A stretch of DNA of 64,000 bases from Octopus vulgaris (Eukaryota), in the NCBI GenBank assembly GCA_951406725.2, contig OX597822.1, positions 84,568,001 to 84,632,000 of the forward strand, read 5' to 3'. The position numbers were made by a program, and so were the translations under genes. Shown piece by piece: positions 58,330 through 64,000 of the stretch (position 1 is its first letter; each line of letters begins with the position of its first letter). Under the pieces are notes generated by a model. That model saw only the letters and a program-made list of their open reading frames with translations. It was not told where the DNA came from and made no database searches.

Positions 58330-58515
58330 GTCATTTTCATAGCATTTTTTTTCGATGGCCCGATAACCGAAGAGATGCTGGTGTAGGTTTCTGCCCGACA
58401 TCCGAAACACGGAGTTTTATCATGGCTACGAATAAGTGTCACACATATTTATATATATAAGTTCCTCTATTTACATAATATCTTTCATTCTTTTGTTGTC
58501 TTGCCTTTTCTATTA
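58330..58515 (+). mobile_element. PLE-like 3' end with HHR-like motif (58362-58421), ending in (TA)n
   Basis: GATAA-CCGAAGA-GATG...CATC-C-GAAAC-ACGGA-GTT-TTATC. Confidence 0.7.
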
Positions 58516-58566
<51 letters not shown>

Positions 58567-58680
58567 TATATTAAATTAGAGATAAAACCACTATTAGGCA
58601 AATCAATATATATATATATATATATATACATTCATATATATATAATATATATATATATATATTTGCATACATACATATAT

Positions 58681-58731
<51 letters not shown>

Positions 58732-58812
58732 AATACATATATACATATATATATATATATTATATATAATATATATGTATGTATGCAAATATATATATAT
58801 ATATATATGAAT

Positions 58813-58849
<37 letters not shown>

Positions 58850-59169
58850 CTCACACACGCATATATATATATGCGTATAAGTACATATCACATATATACA
58901 TGTATATATGTGATATGTACTTATACGCACTCACATATATGTATATATGTATATACATATATATGTTCACGCATATTTCTTTCATATCACGTATGAGATT
59001 TTTTCCCTCTTCATTCTCAGTGTCTAGAGTTCCAAATACTTTCTAATATATATCAACATTTGTTGAGCACGTTTGTTGAAATATACCTCATGAAAAGGAA
59101 TTACGATGCACCCTGTGGAGTACGTATGTATATCGTTACCGAATATGCACATTATATATATAGATACAA

Positions 59170-59232
<63 letters not shown>

Positions 59233-59619
59233 TATATACATACAGTAATGTATGTATGTACATATATATATATTTGTGCTGAGATATACATGCATAGTTA
59301 TAGAGTACATATATACGCACCATTATTTGCCCCATCTCTACAGTTACTGAAAAACCACAGCCAACGAACTTCAGTTCAAGAGTGAAAATCTGGAAAAACC
59401 ACGGCTGATAGACAAAATGCTAAAGCGAAACCTAAATATATATATGACGTCAGATATTGGGAGAATATTTTTGAGAAACTAATGGGACAGTATAAGAATT
59501 TATTCACAGCTTCATATGCATCCTGTTTACGGGGGGAAAGAACGATTTGAAAGGAAAGCTGTAACTCATTTAAAAAGACATACACGCACTCATACATATT
59601 CATAAACACACATGCATAG

Positions 59620-59662
<43 letters not shown>

Positions 59663-59739
59663 AGATAGACATATGTATGTGTATATATATAAATATGTAT
59701 CTATGTATGTTTGTATATATATATATATATATATGTTAA

Positions 59740-60778
59740 TAAAATATATGCATATATATAAACATATATGTACGTACCTACCTCTACATGTACATATACA
59801 CGCATATATGTGTACAGGACACCAAAAAGACGTGGAACACATAGAGAGACGAAAAACATAGACACAAAGCAAGGAACAAGACAGGCAAAAAAAAAAAGAG
59901 AGAGATACAGGACAATAAGCACAACGAAAAATCCCCTTCTTCAGTCGCTAAAGTTTCATCTACTAAACGTTTCGAAGGATAAAAGCGAGACGTATACTTC
60001 GAATGAAAAAATTCCTTCCTGCGAAAAGCAAATCAATTAAAATTCTGAGATCTTTTCGCAGAGGGGTGAAAAAAAGCAAGACGGTAACGACAGTACAAAC
60101 ATATAAACAGTAAAAAATATATATATAAAAACAGTGGAAAAATAAATATACAACAGTGAGAGACAGGACAAGGAGAACAAAATAAGAAGGGCTGTTAACG
60201 CCAGACGAAAAAAGTATTGCAAACGCTGGATTATAGTGGACGACGAGAGAGGAAGATGTCGACCAGAGGCCTTAGAAGGCGGGCGAGAAAGGACAGGATA
60301 GCAGTTACGACGGAAGTATGGTCGCAGATGGACGACGGGAATGGGGGAGGAGGAGCAAGAGGAAGAGAGAGAAGAAGGGGAATGGTGCGAGGAGACCATG
60401 AAGAACAGTGAGGGGGAGAGAGAGAGGAAGAGACAAGTTAAGTGAGGGAAAAAAAGACGAAAAAGGGAATGGGAGAGAAAGAAAGAAAGATGCAGAGTCG
60501 CGTGAGAGTTAATATCAAGGCGAACTTGATAAACAGAACAATCTTACTTAATAGGGTGCGTGCGTTTAGTCGTATAATATGTTAATAAAATATATGCATA
60601 TATATAAACATATATGTACGTACCTACCTCTACATGTACATATACACGCATATATGTGTACAGGACACCAAAAAGACGTGGAACACATAGAGAGACGAAA
60701 AACATAGACACAAAGCAAGGAACAAGACAGGCAAAAAAAAAAAGAGAGAGATACAGGACAATAAGCACAACGAAAAAT

Positions 60779-60782
<4 letters not shown>
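59740..60782 (-). mobile_element. About 1-kb unit bounded by about 200-bp direct repeats (59735-59934 / 58-nt-shifted equivalent at 60580-60780), pseudo-LTR-like
   Basis: Near-identical ATGTTAATAAAATATATGC...GCACAACGAAAAATCC blocks; diverged relative at 62905-63070. Confidence 0.7.
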
Positions 60783-60873
<91 letters not shown>

Positions 60874-60979
60874 ATATATATATATACACATATATATATA
60901 TATATATACACGCATACATATTCACATATCTGTATCTGTATATACCTGTCATATGTATGTGTAGATACATATGAAAGTA

Positions 60980-61034
<55 letters not shown>

Positions 61035-62364
61035 GTGTGTGTGTGTGTGACTTGTAACCCTCGCATATTTCTTCAGGTGCCTGTAGTATTAGATAACGTT
61101 CTCGGAATTTCCAAGCGAACCCTTAATCCGACCTATGTGCTCTATATTTTACCTATTGCCCATCCAAGCGCTACTCTCCCACTTAGCTTCTTACTTGTAT
61201 TCTCCCTTGTTCGTGTCACTTGAACCAGGTTATACAGTTACTCATTCACCCGAACACTGAACTCAAACCACTTAACACTTAATTAACACTTACATTCACT
61301 TTTATCACTTAATCAGCAATCAACATTCAAACATGGCGTAGTCCCGTAGGACAGCTCATATGCCAGAAATTACGAGATTGACGTCTAATTGTTTTAGTCT
61401 TAGCCTTAATGTTCTTTCTTAATTAAAGGCTTCCATATAATGTTCACCTCTATGTTAAACTTTCTGAAGAGATAACCAGAGCCCAGCATATGTGCTAATC
61501 CGTTTAATCGCCTCGTCTTCCCGTGTTGTACCCTATCTCTTATCTTGATTGTCCCACAAGGCTTGTTGACCTCACCATTTTCCCTCAACATATCATCAAC
61601 CATATCTAATTTTTCTGTCTCTCCACAGTCTACGGATTTACATTGTTTCACGAACACTATTTTTCGGACACAGTTTGTTTCACATTCATATTCCTTTCAA
61701 CAGCTACAGGGGATAGAATAAACAAAATTTTTGCTCATGATTTCTTCACACAAGAGCTTTGTTTAGGAGAGATATCCCCAAATGGTAGTCCTACTTTCGA
61801 ATATTATTTTAACGTTTTATGGATCACAGACCTGAATATTTTCCGACTCATTTCTTGACTAACGTTCTCAACAAAATATTCTCTTTGAAGATGATACCAT
61901 GCTTACAAAATAGTCGTTAGTCTGAAGTGTTTTTCTATTCATGATAATCTTTGTTTCCTATGTGTCTCTATCAATGCTTATACGTTTTTCTCGATATTAC
62001 AAGCAGCAGACGATCCCTTTCCTGATGTTGTACAGATAGTGGGAATTAAAATTCATGCATTGTCCCGTGAATGATGACTCGTGATATACGAGTGCGGTGA
62101 ATCCATTCGTGCGAGCTATTAGTACAACCAAAAAGATTATTTTATCTTTTCTTCTCCTATAGAAAACTGCTTTGAAGATCTTATTGAGTTTACATGGCCT
62201 TGTAGCACTTGTGCTTCTTATAGCAAGGGCCTTTTACTTACCTTCCCAACATGGCTGGTTTGAATGGTGTTGTTCTTAAGGTGGAATACTTCTTCAAAGT
62301 GTTCTATATATCTTCTTGCAATCACGGGGGGGGGGCGGTAAAAGTGAAACCGCAAACCTTCTCC

Positions 62365-62618
62365 ATGTGAGTGGAATCGGTAGACGGAAACTCAAAGAGG
62401 CCCATCGTGTGTGTATATATGTATGTGCGTATGTGTGTGTGTGCCCCATCACTGCTTGATACTCGGTATTGGTGTGCTTACGTACATTCAACTTAGCGGT
62501 TCGGTTAAAAGAGACGATAGAAAAGTACTGGGATCGATTCATATGACTAAAAATTTTTCAAGGCAATGCCCCAGCATGGCCACAGTCTATTGTTTGAAAC
62601 AAGTAAAGGATAAAAGAT
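62365..62618 (+). mobile_element. SINE family B, 3' part
   Basis: GTGAGTGGAATCGGTAGACGGAAAC...CCAGCATGGCCACAGTC. Confidence 0.8.
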
Positions 62619-62867
62619 GAAAAATGTCCCTGAAGCGGTTATTGTTTACCTCCATTTGTATCACACGAACGACGTTGGTATTCCGGATGGCTTCCTAACC
62701 ACCAGCAGACACACAGACAGGTAGTCGTGTTATCAATGCAGACTAGTTTCACACTAGCTGCTTCCGTGCTGAATGAAACGATCTGAGGATAGAAATGTAA
62801 CGTAATAAAAATGGTCAAAGATTAGGTACGTTTACAAGCACAACAAAATATGGCAAAACATCGTCTA

Positions 62868-62907
<40 letters not shown>

Positions 62908-62978
62908 ATTTAATAAATAAAATATATGCATACATACATACATATATGTACGTACCTACATCTACATGTATATATACA

Positions 62979-63020
<42 letters not shown>

Positions 63021-63066
63021 TACAGGACACCACAAATAAACGTAGAACTCAACGAGATATCGTAGA

Positions 63067-63116
<50 letters not shown>

Positions 63117-63390
63117 ATATAGATATATGCATGCGCGTATGTGTGTGTGTATTTATACATACATACACACTCATATGTATATATACGTATCTATCTATCT
63201 ATATATGTATATATACATATACATACATACATACATACATACATACATACATACATACGTACATACGTACATACATACATACATATACTTATATATACAT
63301 TTAAATATACTCACATGAAGACATGCATGTATATAGGTATTATTGGACCATATTAACGCAATAATGTCTATAACAAATGTAATTTCCCGT

Positions 63391-63433
63391 AATTACCAGG
63401 TGACAATGATGCGCCGAAACATTTGTAGTGATT
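63391..63433 (+). ncRNA. Degenerate HHR-like motif
   Basis: AATTAC-CAGGTGA-...-GAAAC-ATTT-GTA-GTGATT; stem I intact, core mutated; followed by (TA)n. Confidence 0.35.
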
Positions 63434-63489
63434 TGTAATAAAATTCATGTATATATATATATATATATATATATGAAAGAAATTGTTGT

Positions 63490-63770
63490 ATACAATGCTC
63501 AGGTGCACTACAACTAAAAAAGAAAAAAAAAAAACACACACACAAACAAGCCATCAGTTGCACTGTAGGCGGATTTCAGGAAGCATGTAGGATGTAGAGT
63601 CTCGATAGATATCGACTGATGCGGGTAGTTTATTCCATGCTTCAGCAATACTGAGCGTGAAAAAATGTTTCCGAAAGTCATGAATGCTTGTTTTTTTTTT
63701 TGATTTTGTGAACACGTCCACGAGTGTTGGTCATGGAATTCAAAAAGGTCCCTAAGGTTGTTGTTAGAAT
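63490..63770 (-). mobile_element. CR1-type LINE 3' fragment
   Basis: Minus strand HDFRKHFFTLSIAEAWNKLPAS. Confidence 0.75.
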
Positions 63771-63790
63771 GATGGTGGGTTTATCTATCT

Positions 63791-63858
<68 letters not shown>

Positions 63859-63977
63859 GCACACACACACATACGCACGCACGCACACATTTAGTGTCGT
63901 CAGATGCTATCAAGAGATGCTCAATATAGGAAACACTCAAACGATTTGAACACTCGGTAAAGATTTCGGAGTGTATA

Positions 63978-64000
63978 AGGTGGTGAGCTGGTAGAAACGT
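63978..64000 (+). mobile_element. Start of a SINE family A copy
   Basis: AAGGTGGTGAGCTGGTAGAAACGT resembles the head at 57645. Confidence 0.6.

Noticed and set aside
61406-61657. 83-aa ORF as a host exon or transposase
   Set aside because: Not recognisable; neighbouring frames are full of stops

Overview
AT-rich eukaryotic non-genic DNA, probably an octopus/cephalopod intron or intergenic region; this is inferred from the very dense (TA)n/(CA)n/(TATG)n/(TATC)n microsatellites and the tRNA-headed SINE families. I cannot support any host exon, and nearly all listed ORFs are microsatellite translations. Recognisable elements are CR1/L2-type and R4/Dong-type LINE fragments, Tc1/mariner remnants and MITEs, several SINE families, and decayed Penelope-like element (PLE) fragments. 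The most striking pattern is a recurring architecture, usually beside or inside (TA)n tracts: short fold-back (inverted-repeat) insertions, often with a one-sided tail extension, carrying minimal type I hammerhead ribozyme (HHR) motifs with palindromic stem III. Two of them retain GIY-YIG endonuclease C-terminal coding, which links them to PLEs. One family joins a tRNA-like Pol III head to an HHR-bearing tail, making it a candidate Penelope-mobilised SINE. One copy of that family hosts a near-perfect two-tailed LINE palindrome. All structures were read by eye and boundaries are approximate.
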